Shown: positions 8,340-17,460 of the stretch, piece by piece
How the letters are laid out: each line of letters starts with the position of its first letter
Position numbering within the stretch: position 1 is the first letter of the stretch
Source: Candidatus Zambryskiibacteriota bacterium
GTDB lineage: Bacteria > Patescibacteriota > Minisyncoccia > Phycocordibacterales > Zambryskibacteraceae
Length of the DNA: 64,000 nt
Direction: 5' to 3'
Assembly (NCBI GenBank): GCA_016180955.1
Contig: JACPAD010000001.1
Coordinates: forward strand, 8,527-72,526
Program-made: the position numbers and the translations under genes
The notes under the pieces: generated by a model
The model's database searches: none
Seen by the model: only the letters and a program-made list of their open reading frames with translations
What the model was told of the DNA's origin: nothing

Positions 8340-10142
8340 ATGTGCGGAATAGCTGGAATAACCAATAAAGAGCTAGTTTCTCAAAAGCTGATTGAGAAGA
8401 TGACACGCACCCTCTCTCATCGCGGGCCGGATGATGACGGCTTTTTTGTGGACGACTCTGTTGCCCTCGGGATGCGCCGGTTAGCCATTATTGACCTAGT
8501 AAAGGGGGACCAGCCCATAAGCTCCACAGATGGCCGTTATCTCATATTTTTCAACGGGGAGATATACAATTACAAAGAGATTAAGAAAGAATTAGCTGGA
8601 TATGATTTCAAAACTGACAGCGATACAGAAGTAATTCTCGCAGGGTATCTTAAATGGGGTGGAGAAGTACTTACGCGTCTGCGGGGAATGTTTGCCTTTG
8701 CTATTTATGATACTCAAGAGAAAAAAGTTTTTATTGCCCGCGACCCCTTTGGCATCAAACCTCTTTATTACTGGAAGAGGGGAGAAAAGATTATGGCGTT
8801 TTCTTCAGAGATAAAGAGTTTTATCGAACTTCCGGAATTTGAAACGGAGGTGAATGATGCCGCGGTCTACAACTATCTCTCGTATCAATACAATCCGCTG
8901 AAAGAAACATTTTTCAAAAATGTTTTTAAACTGCCGCCGGCTCATTACTTAACGATTGACCTTAAGACAGGGGAGTGGGAAGAGAAAAGATATTGGCAAT
9001 TCAAATTTACTCAAAACAATTCACTCCTTGAGGAAGAAACTAAGAAGGAAATTCTAAAGACCATGGAAGATTCTGTGGCGCATCATATGATCGCTGATGT
9101 GCCTGTGGGCTCGTTTCTCTCTGGTGGTATAGACTCTTCAATCATTGCTACTCTTATGCAAAAGATTCGCGGGGAAAAGAAAATAAAAACTTTTACTGTA
9201 GGATTTGAATCTCTGTCAGAAGGAGTAGAGGCAAGAGAAACTTCCGAACCGCTCGGCACTGACCATACCGAAATTACCGTGGGCAGAGATGAATACTTCG
9301 AAGCTCTAAAGAAAGCCATCTGGCACTTTGATGAGCCAGTAGCAGACCCTTCGGCCATAGGTTTGTATTTCTTGGCCAGAGAAGCCAGAAAGTCTGTAAC
9401 TGTAGTGCTATCTGGTGAAGGCTCTGATGAGCTTTTTGGGGGCTATAACATTTACCTTGAGCCATTTGCTAGGCGCTATCTGGCCTGGGCACCGCATATG
9501 GTCTTGAAATTCTTAGCATCTCTGCCTTTGCGTGGCAGTAACTATGCCGAACGTGCTCTTTCAAAGCTAGAAGATTGGTATATTGGCAATGCTTCGATCT
9601 TCAAGCCCTCAGAAATAAAAAATCTCTGGCTTGGGCAGTCTATGTCAAGGGCCGTCCTTGACACGTTGTATCAAGAAGCAAGCAGTCTTAGTGATTCGGC
9701 TAAGATGCAATATATAGATATAAATACTTGGCTGGTAGGGGATATTCTGGCTAAAGCGGATAAGATGACCATGGCGCATTCACTCGAGTTACGCGTGCCC
9801 TTTCTTGATCCCGCTGTGGCGGGACTTGCAGAAATTCTGCCGGATAGATTCAAGTGGCACTCTGGGACGACCAAGTATCTCCTGCGCGAAGCCTTCAAAT
9901 CGGTTCTACCCGAGTCAACCCGCAAGAGGAAGAAGCTCGGCTTCCCGACACCTATTCACAACTGGATTGAAACGGAAGATGTAAAAAATACAATTTTCCA
10001 AAACAAATATATTAAATCCCATTTCAATCTTAATGTAGTTGAAAAGCTTTTCGAAAATTCAAGAGAAAATTCACGGAAAATTTATCTCCTCTTAATGCTT
10101 GCGCTTTGGTATAATGTCTTTATCACGAATAACCGCGAATGA
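8340..10142 (+). CDS. asnB: Asparagine synthase (glutamine-hydrolysing)
   Basis: MCGIAG N-terminal nucleophile, SGGIDSS PP-loop, 600 aa. Confidence 0.9.
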   Translation: MCGIAGITNKELVSQKLIEKMTRTLSHRGPDDDGFFVDDSVALGMRRLAIIDLVKGDQPISSTDGRYLIFFNGEIYNYKEIKKELAGYDFKTDSDTEVILAGYLKWGGEVLTRLRGMFAFAIYDTQEKKVFIARDPFGIKPLYYWKRGEKIMAFSSEIKSFIELPEFETEVNDAAVYNYLSYQYNPLKETFFKNVFKLPPAHYLTIDLKTGEWEEKRYWQFKFTQNNSLLEEETKKEILKTMEDSVAHHMIADVPVGSFLSGGIDSSIIATLMQKIRGEKKIKTFTVGFESLSEGVEARETSEPLGTDHTEITVGRDEYFEALKKAIWHFDEPVADPSAIGLYFLAREARKSVTVVLSGEGSDELFGGYNIYLEPFARRYLAWAPHMVLKFLASLPLRGSNYAERALSKLEDWYIGNASIFKPSEIKNLWLGQSMSRAVLDTLYQEASSLSDSAKMQYIDINTWLVGDILAKADKMTMAHSLELRVPFLDPAVAGLAEILPDRFKWHSGTTKYLLREAFKSVLPESTRKRKKLGFPTPIHNWIETEDVKNTIFQNKYIKSHFNLNVVEKLFENSRENSRKIYLLLMLALWYNVFITNNRE

Positions 10143-10198
10143 GATCGAATGTTGCGAATAAGCCCATTCGTATCATTCGATTAAATTCGTAAAATTCG
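10136..10198. promoter_or_regulatory. Phased pentamer array: CGAAT x3 then ATTCG x4 at 9-10 bp spacing, containing the TCGTATCATTCGAT box and the mraY -10
   Basis: CGAAT at 10136, 10146, 10155. ATTCG at 10166, 10175, 10185, 10194. TAAAAT 10190-10195. ATG 10203. Confidence 0.5.
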
Positions 10199-10202
10199 TA
10201 TC

Positions 10203-11249
10203 ATGGATATTCTAAAGATTATCGTCCCGACGGTGCTAACCTTCTCCTTTGGTATATTCATCACCCCTTTTTTTACTCGCTATTTCTACAAATACAAGAT
10301 GTGGAAGAAGTCTCCTCGCATCGAGGCGGACACTTCAGAAGCTTTCAATAAAATCCATAATACGGAAGAGGAGGTCTCAACACCACGCGTCGGCGGGGTC
10401 ATTATCTGGATAGCAGTGCTTCTCACCGTGGCTGTCATTTATTTTCTTTCTAAACTTTTTCCGGTCTATCAGATGGAACAGCTCAACTTCTTCAGCAGAA
10501 GCCAGACAGTTGTACCCTTGGGAGCCTTCTTCTTCGCCGCCGCGGTGGGGTTTGTCGACGACCTTTTCCACATCTTCGGTACGGGAAGTTATGCTAAGGA
10601 TGCTCTGGTCTATCGTAAAGTCAAAATCATATTTGTTACCCTCATTGGGCTTGCCATCGGCTTCTGGTTTTACTACAAGCTGGATTTTGTCGGCGTCCAT
10701 ATTCCTTTCAACGGTATGTGGCAGATGGGGCTGTGGTTTATCCCGTTCTTCGTTATAGTGATGCTTGCCACTTTCTCGACCTCGGTCATTGATGGACTCG
10801 ACGGCTTGGCTGGGGGAGTATTGGCCTCATGCTTTACTGCCTTTGCCGTTATTGCCTATCTTGGCAGTCAGTTTGATATCTCGGCTCTCTCCGGCGCGAT
10901 TGCCGGAGGAATCCTCGCCTTCCTCTGGTTTAATGTGCCACCAGCCCGCTTCTATATGGGGGAAACCGGCATGTTGTCCTTGTGCGTGGTGCTTGCGGTG
11001 ATTGCGTTTCTCACCGACTCCGTGCTTCTTCTGCCGGTAATCGCCTTTCCGCTTGTGGCTACTACCGCTTCGGATATTATTCAAATAACTTCTTATAAGT
11101 TTTTTAACAAACGTAGAGTATTTTTGGTAGCGCCGCTCCATCTCCACTTCCGCGCGCTCGGCTGGCCGCGCGAGAAGGTGGTCATGCGCTACTGGATTGT
11201 CTCCGTCATTTCTGCCATTACCGGCGTCATCCTTTATCTGGTAAGTTAA
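10203..11249 (+). CDS. mraY: Phospho-N-acetylmuramoyl-pentapeptide transferase
   Basis: Polytopic membrane protein with VIDGLDGLAGG and APLHLHF motifs. Confidence 0.85.
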   Translation: MDILKIIVPTVLTFSFGIFITPFFTRYFYKYKMWKKSPRIEADTSEAFNKIHNTEEEVSTPRVGGVIIWIAVLLTVAVIYFLSKLFPVYQMEQLNFFSRSQTVVPLGAFFFAAAVGFVDDLFHIFGTGSYAKDALVYRKVKIIFVTLIGLAIGFWFYYKLDFVGVHIPFNGMWQMGLWFIPFFVIVMLATFSTSVIDGLDGLAGGVLASCFTAFAVIAYLGSQFDISALSGAIAGGILAFLWFNVPPARFYMGETGMLSLCVVLAVIAFLTDSVLLLPVIAFPLVATTASDIIQITSYKFFNKRRVFLVAPLHLHFRALGWPREKVVMRYWIVSVISAITGVILYLVS

Positions 11250-11255
11250 TCAAAA

Positions 11256-12326
11256 GTGATAATTAAAAAGTTTACTTATCTTAAAGAATACTACGAGCGC
11301 TACGAGAAGTCGGTCTCTATCGGCTCGCTTCTCTTCGGCTTCATCTTGGACTCCTTGACACTTCAGCGGATAGATGCCTTGCGCGAAAATGTCTGGATTG
11401 CAGGCAACATTTTCCTGGTTGGTCTCTCTATAATTCTGCTCAACCGCGGGAAGGGAGATGCGCAGGGCTTCTGGCTGCCCAATATTTTGCAATTCGGTTT
11501 CGGGGCTTTGCTTGGAGCATTCTTCATTTTCTACTTCCGCTCCGCGGCGCTTGTTACCGCTTGGCCATTCTTGCTCATTATTCTCGCGGCCATGGTGGCC
11601 AACGAACTTTTCCAAAAGCGCTACGCGCGGCTTGCGTTCCAGCTCTCCTTCTTCTACCTTTCCGTCTTTTCATTCTTAATCTTTCTTCTGCCGCTTCTTT
11701 TGCACAGCATCGGCGCAATGGCATTTCTATTTAGCGGGGCAGTAAGCATTGTCGCTATCTGGGTTTTCGTCAACATCATGAAGCGGTTTGCGCGAGAAAA
11801 GTTTCTCGAGAACCGGACGCACATCTGGAGACTCATCGCAATCATATTCATTTCCGTCAACGTCCTTTACTTTACTAATCTCATTCCGCCCATCCCGCTC
11901 TCGCTCAAGGATATTGGCATCTATCATTCTATTGCCCGTAATTCGGCGGGGGATTACCTTGTATCAGGGGAAGAAAAGGGGCTTATCGAATTTTTCCATC
12001 TGCGGGAGAAAGTGCATTGGAGCGAGGGTCAACCGCTCTATGCTTATTCAGCCATTTTCTCTCCCGGTTCTCTTAATACCAACATTGTTCACGAGTGGCA
12101 GTTCAGAAATAAAGCGGGGGAATGGACAACATCAACGCGCATCCCGATCTCTATCTCCGGCGGGCGAACCGAGGGCTTCCGAACCTACTCCACCAAATAT
12201 AATCTTTCTCCCGGTCTCTGGCGCGTTAATGTTGCAACCCAGCGCGGTCAGCTCTTGGGCCGTAAAACTTTTGAAATCATCGTCTCCGACGCCGAGCCTG
12301 CTCTCGAAATCGAAGTGAAGAAATAA
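11256..12326 (+). CDS. Membrane protein with C-terminal DUF2914-like domain
   Basis: GTG start. Multi-TM N-terminal half. C-terminus WQFRNKAGEWTTSTRIPISISGGRTEGFRTYSTKYNLSPGLWRVNV resembles DUF2914 (recalled from memory). Confidence 0.45.
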   Translation: MIIKKFTYLKEYYERYEKSVSIGSLLFGFILDSLTLQRIDALRENVWIAGNIFLVGLSIILLNRGKGDAQGFWLPNILQFGFGALLGAFFIFYFRSAALVTAWPFLLIILAAMVANELFQKRYARLAFQLSFFYLSVFSFLIFLLPLLLHSIGAMAFLFSGAVSIVAIWVFVNIMKRFAREKFLENRTHIWRLIAIIFISVNVLYFTNLIPPIPLSLKDIGIYHSIARNSAGDYLVSGEEKGLIEFFHLREKVHWSEGQPLYAYSAIFSPGSLNTNIVHEWQFRNKAGEWTTSTRIPISISGGRTEGFRTYSTKYNLSPGLWRVNVATQRGQLLGRKTFEIIVSDAEPALEIEVKK

Positions 12327-12350
12327 GTTTAACCAAAGTACATAACACAT

Positions 12351-12356
12351 TATAAT
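12351..12356 (+). promoter_or_regulatory. TATAAT -10 box 7 nt before the ftsW ATG; leaderless candidate
   Basis: TATAAT 12351-12356, ATG 12364. Confidence 0.4.
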
Positions 12357-12363
12357 AATCCTA

Positions 12364-13461
12364 ATGGCAACGAGGATCAAAGTTGATAAGCCGTTTCTTA
12401 TCATCACGGTAATACTTATCGTGGCGGGTTTTTTTATCTTCTCCTCCGCTTCGCTCGGGCTTCTTGCCAGAGAGAGCTCGAATTATTCGAACGTGGCTTT
12501 CTCGCAGACAGTACTTGGCCTATTTTTGGGAACGGTTGCCATGCTGGTCGCCACGCGGCTTGACTTTAAAATTTGGAAGAGCTCGGCTTTCTACATTTTG
12601 TTTGCGGCTATCATTCTTAACATCTTGGTCCTCCACCCTTTTGTCGGCATCGAGCACGGAGGCGCCCGCCGCTGGATAGAGCTTGGGCAGTTTAGCTTCC
12701 AACCCTCGGAGGTGCTTAAATTCGCTTTCATCATCTATTTCGCGGCATGGGCGGCGGGCGCCAAAGAAAAAATGCGGACATTCCGTTGGGGATTCCTGCC
12801 CCTGTTGGCACTCATTGGTATTTGCGGCTGGCTTCTTTTGAAGCAGCCCGACACGGATACCTTTTTATTGATCGTCCTCACAGGCATGGCGATGTTTATC
12901 GCCGCCGCCGGCAGATGGCGCTATATTCTTTTTTGTCTTTTAGCGGGACTTATCGGCCTCTCATTTCTTGCCTATAGCCGGCCTTATGTGAAGGAGCGTT
13001 TGGAGACGTTCGTCAATCCTACAGCCGACTCGCTCGGGGCAAGCTATCAAATCCAGCAGTCGCTCATCGCCATCGGCTCGGGGGGACTTTTTGGCAAGGG
13101 TTTCGGCCAGAGCGTGCAGAAATTTACCTATTTGCCCGAGCCGGTAGGGGATTCTGTCTTTGCTGTTGCGGCGGAAGAATTCGGCTTCGTTGGCTCGGTG
13201 CTTCTCTTGGCAATCTTTGCCCTTTTTGCCACCCGCGGGCTGAAAATTGCTTCGAGAACCCCGTCAGCGTTCGGTAGACTGACGGTTGTCGGGATTGTTA
13301 TAATGATAATCTCCCAAGCATTCGTCAATATTGGCGCCATGCTGGGAGTCTTGCCGCTCTCGGGCATTACGCTTCCATTCGTGAGCCACGGCGGCACTTC
13401 GCTCTTCATCACCCTTTTCGAAGTCGGCGTCGTTCTCTCTATCTCTAAAACTCAAAAATGA
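12364..13461 (+). CDS. ftsW: SEDS-family peptidoglycan polymerase FtsW/RodA
   Basis: 10-TM pattern. YQIQQSLIAIGSGGLFGKGFGQS and LPFVSHGGTS motifs. Next to murG. Confidence 0.85.
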   Translation: MATRIKVDKPFLIITVILIVAGFFIFSSASLGLLARESSNYSNVAFSQTVLGLFLGTVAMLVATRLDFKIWKSSAFYILFAAIILNILVLHPFVGIEHGGARRWIELGQFSFQPSEVLKFAFIIYFAAWAAGAKEKMRTFRWGFLPLLALIGICGWLLLKQPDTDTFLLIVLTGMAMFIAAAGRWRYILFCLLAGLIGLSFLAYSRPYVKERLETFVNPTADSLGASYQIQQSLIAIGSGGLFGKGFGQSVQKFTYLPEPVGDSVFAVAAEEFGFVGSVLLLAIFALFATRGLKIASRTPSAFGRLTVVGIVIMIISQAFVNIGAMLGVLPLSGITLPFVSHGGTSLFITLFEVGVVLSISKTQK

Positions 13462-14603
13462 GAATCCTATTTACTGGTGGCGGCACGGGCGGACACTTCT
13501 ACCCGGTAATTTCTATTGCCGAAGAACTAAACACGCTTGCTAAAGAAAAGAAACTTCTTGAACTCGAACTTTTCTATATGTCGCCTTCTTCCTATAACGA
13601 AGGGATACTCTACGAGCACGGCATTACTTATAAGAAAAACAGCGCTGGTAAGCTCCGTCATTCCGCCAGCTGGCGGATTCTCCTGCCTAACTTCTTCGAC
13701 CTCTTCAAAACATTTTTTGGGGCGATAGTTTCCATTGTTGAGATTTACCGGCTTTACCCGGATGTTATTTTTGGCAAGGGGGGCTATGCCTCTTTCCCGG
13801 CGCTTCTGGCCGCAAGAGTTTTGCATATCCCAGTCGTAATACACGAATCAGACACGGTACCCGGACGGGTTAATCTCTGGGCTGGTAAATTTGCGCAAAG
13901 AATTGCGCTCTCTTATCGAGAAGCGGCGCAATATTTTCCGGCGGAGAAAACTGCTTATACCGGCCAGCCGGTGCGCAAGGAAATCGCTACGCCAACTAGA
14001 GCCGGCGCGCGAGAGTTCTTGAAGATCGAAGAAAATATTCCGGTAGTGCTAATCCTTGGCGGTTCGCAGGGAGCGCAACGCATAAACGAAACCATCTTCG
14101 AAGGACTTAAGCGGCTGACAGAGAAGTATGTCATCATTCATCAGACTGGTTCGAATAATATCATCGAGGCCAAAGCCACGGCGGAAGCTATCCTCAATGA
14201 CTCTCCGCACAAAGCTCGATACAAGCCGTATGATTATTTGAATGCTCTAGCCCTGCGCATGGCATCTGGAATAACTTCTGTAGTAGTCTCGCGCGCCGGC
14301 TCAACCATATTTGAGATAGCGGCGTGGAGAGTGCCTTCCATTATTATTCCCATAGATGAACGGATCAGTCACGACCAGCGAAGTAACGCCTTCGCTTATG
14401 CCAGAGCCGGCGGCTGCGTAGTGGTAGAGGAGAAAAATCTTATGCCCAATATTTTGATTTCCGAGATTGATAGACTGGTTACTGATCAATCGGTTGCTGG
14501 AAAAATGCGGGAAGCGGCCAAAGTGTTTTACAAACCGGATGCCGCTCGGCTCATCGCCGAAGAGATATTGAAGATAGCGTTGGGGCATGAAATAGAAAAA
14601 TAG
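13458..14603 (+). CDS. murG: UDP-N-acetylglucosamine--N-acetylmuramyl-(pentapeptide) pyrophosphoryl-undecaprenol GlcNAc transferase
   Basis: GGGTGGHFYP N-terminus. 4-nt overlap with ftsW. Confidence 0.9.
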   Translation: MRILFTGGGTGGHFYPVISIAEELNTLAKEKKLLELELFYMSPSSYNEGILYEHGITYKKNSAGKLRHSASWRILLPNFFDLFKTFFGAIVSIVEIYRLYPDVIFGKGGYASFPALLAARVLHIPVVIHESDTVPGRVNLWAGKFAQRIALSYREAAQYFPAEKTAYTGQPVRKEIATPTRAGAREFLKIEENIPVVLILGGSQGAQRINETIFEGLKRLTEKYVIIHQTGSNNIIEAKATAEAILNDSPHKARYKPYDYLNALALRMASGITSVVVSRAGSTIFEIAAWRVPSIIIPIDERISHDQRSNAFAYARAGGCVVVEEKNLMPNILISEIDRLVTDQSVAGKMREAAKVFYKPDAARLIAEEILKIALGHEIEK

Positions 14604-14621
14604 ATTCAAGATTTAAGATTT

Positions 14622-15791
14622 ATGAATAATTTAGAAAAAGTCGTAGTCCGCATACCGCCGTCGCCGACAGGATACTTCCATATCGGCCGCGCACGCACTG
14701 CGCTCTTTAATTATTTGTTCGCCAGAAAGAACAAAGGAAAAATCGTTTTTCGCATCGAGGATACAGACAAAGAACGTTCTAAAAAAGAATACGAAGAGGA
14801 TATCATCGAGAGTCTGGAATGGCTCGGTATTGATTACGATGACTTTTACCGTCAATCCGAAAGGGGAGAGATATATAAAAAGTATATAGAAAAAATGCTG
14901 GATAATAACTCCGCCTATGTTGCCGAAGACGAAGTCATCCGCTTCAAAAATCCGAACCGGAAAATAAAGTTCGACGATCTGGTGCGCGGAGAAATTGAAT
15001 TTGATACCAGCGATCTGGAAGATTTCATCGTTGCCAAAAGTATCAACGAACCGCTCTACCATTTGGCTGTTGTAGTGGATGATCACGAATCAGGCGTTAC
15101 TCATGTCATTCGCGGTGATGACGGTATTTCCAATACTCCGAGACAGATTCTGCTTCAAGAAGCCGTCGGTGCGGTCCGTCCCCGATACGCCCATGTGCCC
15201 ATGATTCTTGCGCCGGATCGCTCAAAACTTTCTGCCAGACAAGGCGCTACATCTATACGGGATTTCAGAGACAAAGGTTACTTACCACAGGCGATGATAA
15301 ATTATCTGGCCCTTCTCGGCTGGAATCCGGGCACGGAGCAGGAAATTTTTACTAAGGAAGAATTGATAGAACAGTTCTCGCTCGAGAAGATTCAGAAGAG
15401 CGGAGCAATCTTTGATGAGAAGAAACTGCAGTGGGTCAACAGAGAGCATTTGAAACGTCTGCCGGCCGAAGTTCAGAAAGAGAGGCAAATAAGCGCTCTG
15501 CGGGAAGAGCTGTATATAAAAAAGAGGCCGACGCTTGATGTATCAAGTATTTGTTGGAATGACATTTCCAAAGAAAATACAAAAAAGTATCTGGAGAAAG
15601 TCAAAGAATTGGTAGGTGACGATGATGCTATAATGAAATATGCCGAAAAGGTGGGGAAGGGGAATGTTCTCTGGCCTCTCCGTTATGCTCTCTCCGGATT
15701 AGAAAAATCTCCTGACCCGTTTACCCTCATGGCAGCGCTTGGTAAAGATGAATCTATTTCTCGAATCGAAAAAGCTATCCAGCTTCTTTAA
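14622..15791 (+). CDS. gltX: Glutamyl-tRNA synthetase (short, 389 aa)
   Basis: PSPTGYFHIGRARTAL (HIGH) and KLSARQG (KMSKS-like) motifs. Confidence 0.85.
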   Translation: MNNLEKVVVRIPPSPTGYFHIGRARTALFNYLFARKNKGKIVFRIEDTDKERSKKEYEEDIIESLEWLGIDYDDFYRQSERGEIYKKYIEKMLDNNSAYVAEDEVIRFKNPNRKIKFDDLVRGEIEFDTSDLEDFIVAKSINEPLYHLAVVVDDHESGVTHVIRGDDGISNTPRQILLQEAVGAVRPRYAHVPMILAPDRSKLSARQGATSIRDFRDKGYLPQAMINYLALLGWNPGTEQEIFTKEELIEQFSLEKIQKSGAIFDEKKLQWVNREHLKRLPAEVQKERQISALREELYIKKRPTLDVSSICWNDISKENTKKYLEKVKELVGDDDAIMKYAEKVGKGNVLWPLRYALSGLEKSPDPFTLMAALGKDESISRIEKAIQLL

Positions 15792-17058
15792 ATATGTTAC
15801 TCTAGTTTCTATTGTGGTTCTGCCACAGCTTGTTTTAGCCGCTGATTCTAATATGCTTTCCCTTCAGATAGAGGAGGTCAAGCGCGAGCGCGAGACGCTT
15901 CTGGAAGAACAGCGCCGATTGCAAGCCGAACTGGAGAAGGTCAATGCCGAGAGTCGGACGCTCGGTACTGCTGTCAAAAGCTTGGATACGGCAAGAAAGA
16001 AGCTCGCCGCCGATATCAAAGTCACTCAATCGAAAATTGCCGTCACCGACCTTAATATCAAGCAGCTTACGAATTCGGTAACAACGGCCGAGCGTCGCAT
16101 CGGCGCTCACCAGAAAGCGATTGGCTCCGCAATTGTTGTCTTGTTTCAATACGATTTACGCCCGCTTCTCCTCGACCTTCTTGCTTCAGCTTCCTTCTCG
16201 GATGTCTGGAGAGATCGCACCCAAATTGAAGGATTAAGCGCCAAGCTTGACAATGAAGTTAAAAATCTTCAAGAAACCAAAATCGCCTTAAATGTGGAGA
16301 AAGAGAGAAAAGAGAGAACCAAACAAGAAATCCTCTCGCTCCAAAATCAGCTCTCCGGCCAGAAAAAAGTGGTAGAAGAAAACAAATTGGCCAAAGAGCG
16401 TTTGCTAGCCGAAACCGAGAGTAAGGAAGCGCTCTATCAAGAAATGTTGCGCGAAAATTTGGAACGCCAACGGCAATCTGAAGAGGACCTCTTCAAGCTT
16501 GAATCAGAACTTGGCATAACACTTGATCCAACGCTCATCCCCAATACAAGACCGGGCATCTTGTCGTGGCCCCTTGATAAGGTCTATATTACGCAGAGAT
16601 TTGGTAGAACCGCCGGCTCGGCGCGGCTCTATGCATCGGGAAGCCATAACGGCGCCGACTTCCGGGCCGCGCAAGGCACTCGAATATTTGCCATGCTTGA
16701 TGGGGTAGTGGAGGGGACGGGCAATACGGATGAACAAAAGGGTTGCTATTCTTACGGCAGGTGGATATTGTTAAGACACCCTAACGGCCTCTCGAGTATC
16801 TACGCGCATCTTTCCGGCTCTTTGGTGCAAAAAGGTCAGAGCGTCAAGACAGGCGAAGTAATCGGTTATTCCGGCGGCACGCCAAGAGTGTTCGGTTCCG
16901 GCTACTCGACAGGGCCGCATCTCCATATAGGACTTTTTGCGAGTCAAGGAGTTGCTATTCGACAATTCATCACAAGCAAAAACTGCAAACAAGTTTACAT
17001 TCCTATCGCCGACATCAAAGCATACCTTGATCCTCTTGCGTATCTGCCGTCTATTTAA
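15739..17058 (+). CDS. Secreted coiled-coil M23 metallopeptidase (EnvC-like murein hydrolase/activator)
   Basis: Signal peptide KKLSSFFKYVTLVSIVVLPQLVLA-AD, long coiled coil, C-terminal M23 motifs (HNGADF, GPHLH). The start overlaps the gltX 3' end by about 50 nt. Confidence 0.8.
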   Translation: MVKMNLFLESKKLSSFFKYVTLVSIVVLPQLVLAADSNMLSLQIEEVKRERETLLEEQRRLQAELEKVNAESRTLGTAVKSLDTARKKLAADIKVTQSKIAVTDLNIKQLTNSVTTAERRIGAHQKAIGSAIVVLFQYDLRPLLLDLLASASFSDVWRDRTQIEGLSAKLDNEVKNLQETKIALNVEKERKERTKQEILSLQNQLSGQKKVVEENKLAKERLLAETESKEALYQEMLRENLERQRQSEEDLFKLESELGITLDPTLIPNTRPGILSWPLDKVYITQRFGRTAGSARLYASGSHNGADFRAAQGTRIFAMLDGVVEGTGNTDEQKGCYSYGRWILLRHPNGLSSIYAHLSGSLVQKGQSVKTGEVIGYSGGTPRVFGSGYSTGPHLHIGLFASQGVAIRQFITSKNCKQVYIPIADIKAYLDPLAYLPSI

Positions 17059-17070
17059 TAGACTTAAAGC

Positions 17071-17268
17071 ATGAATAGGGGATTTATCGGAACGATTTTT
17101 CTCATCATTATCGGCTTGGCCGCGCTGAAATATTTTCTCAATTGGTCTATTTTCGACGCTCTTGATTCAGAACAGGGGAGAGCCACTCTAGAGTACTTAA
17201 AAAAGTTGTTTAATTATCTTAAAGAGCTTACTCTGTCCCTTTGGTCTTATCTTCGTCAAAGAATATGA
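17071..17268 (+). CDS. Small membrane protein (65 aa)
   Basis: One N-terminal TM helix (FIGTIFLIIIGLAAL). No recognisable domain. Confidence 0.35.
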   Translation: MNRGFIGTIFLIIIGLAALKYFLNWSIFDALDSEQGRATLEYLKKLFNYLKELTLSLWSYLRQRI

Positions 17269-17381
17269 TAAAAGTTCTCAAGGTAATTCTCTTTTTAATC
17301 CTCGCGCCAATCTATGTCCCGGCTTATATTCTTATGCAGTTCAGCTTCAAATGGTGGGCTGGCCTTTTGGGCGGGGATTGA
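17265..17381 (+). CDS. Possible 38-aa membrane micro-protein, ATGA-coupled to the preceding ORF
   Basis: Own translation MIKVLKVILFLILAPIYVPAYILMQFSFKWWAGLLGGD. Below the ORF-track size cut-off. Confidence 0.25.
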   Translation: MIKVLKVILFLILAPIYVPAYILMQFSFKWWAGLLGGD

Positions 17382-17447
17382 TCCTGTTAGAAATTTAATT
17401 CTGCTTATCCACAGCTACTTCGTTTTACATATATTGTGCGAAGATGT

Positions 17448-17453
17448 TAATAT
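17448..17453 (+). promoter_or_regulatory. Extended -10 (TGtTAATAT) 7 nt before the xerC-like ATG; leaderless candidate
   Basis: TAATAT 17448-17453, ATG 17461. Confidence 0.4.
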
Positions 17454-17460
17454 AGTGAAT

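Noticed and set aside
13020-13045. FtsW ADSLGAS segment sharing a 14-nt match (CGCTCGGGGCAAGC) with the copB in-frame element
   Set aside because: The FtsW segment aligns without a length change to the conserved D-x-x-G-x-G-YQ region of SEDS proteins. It is therefore probably native. I kept it only as a possible coincidence or a source of the element.
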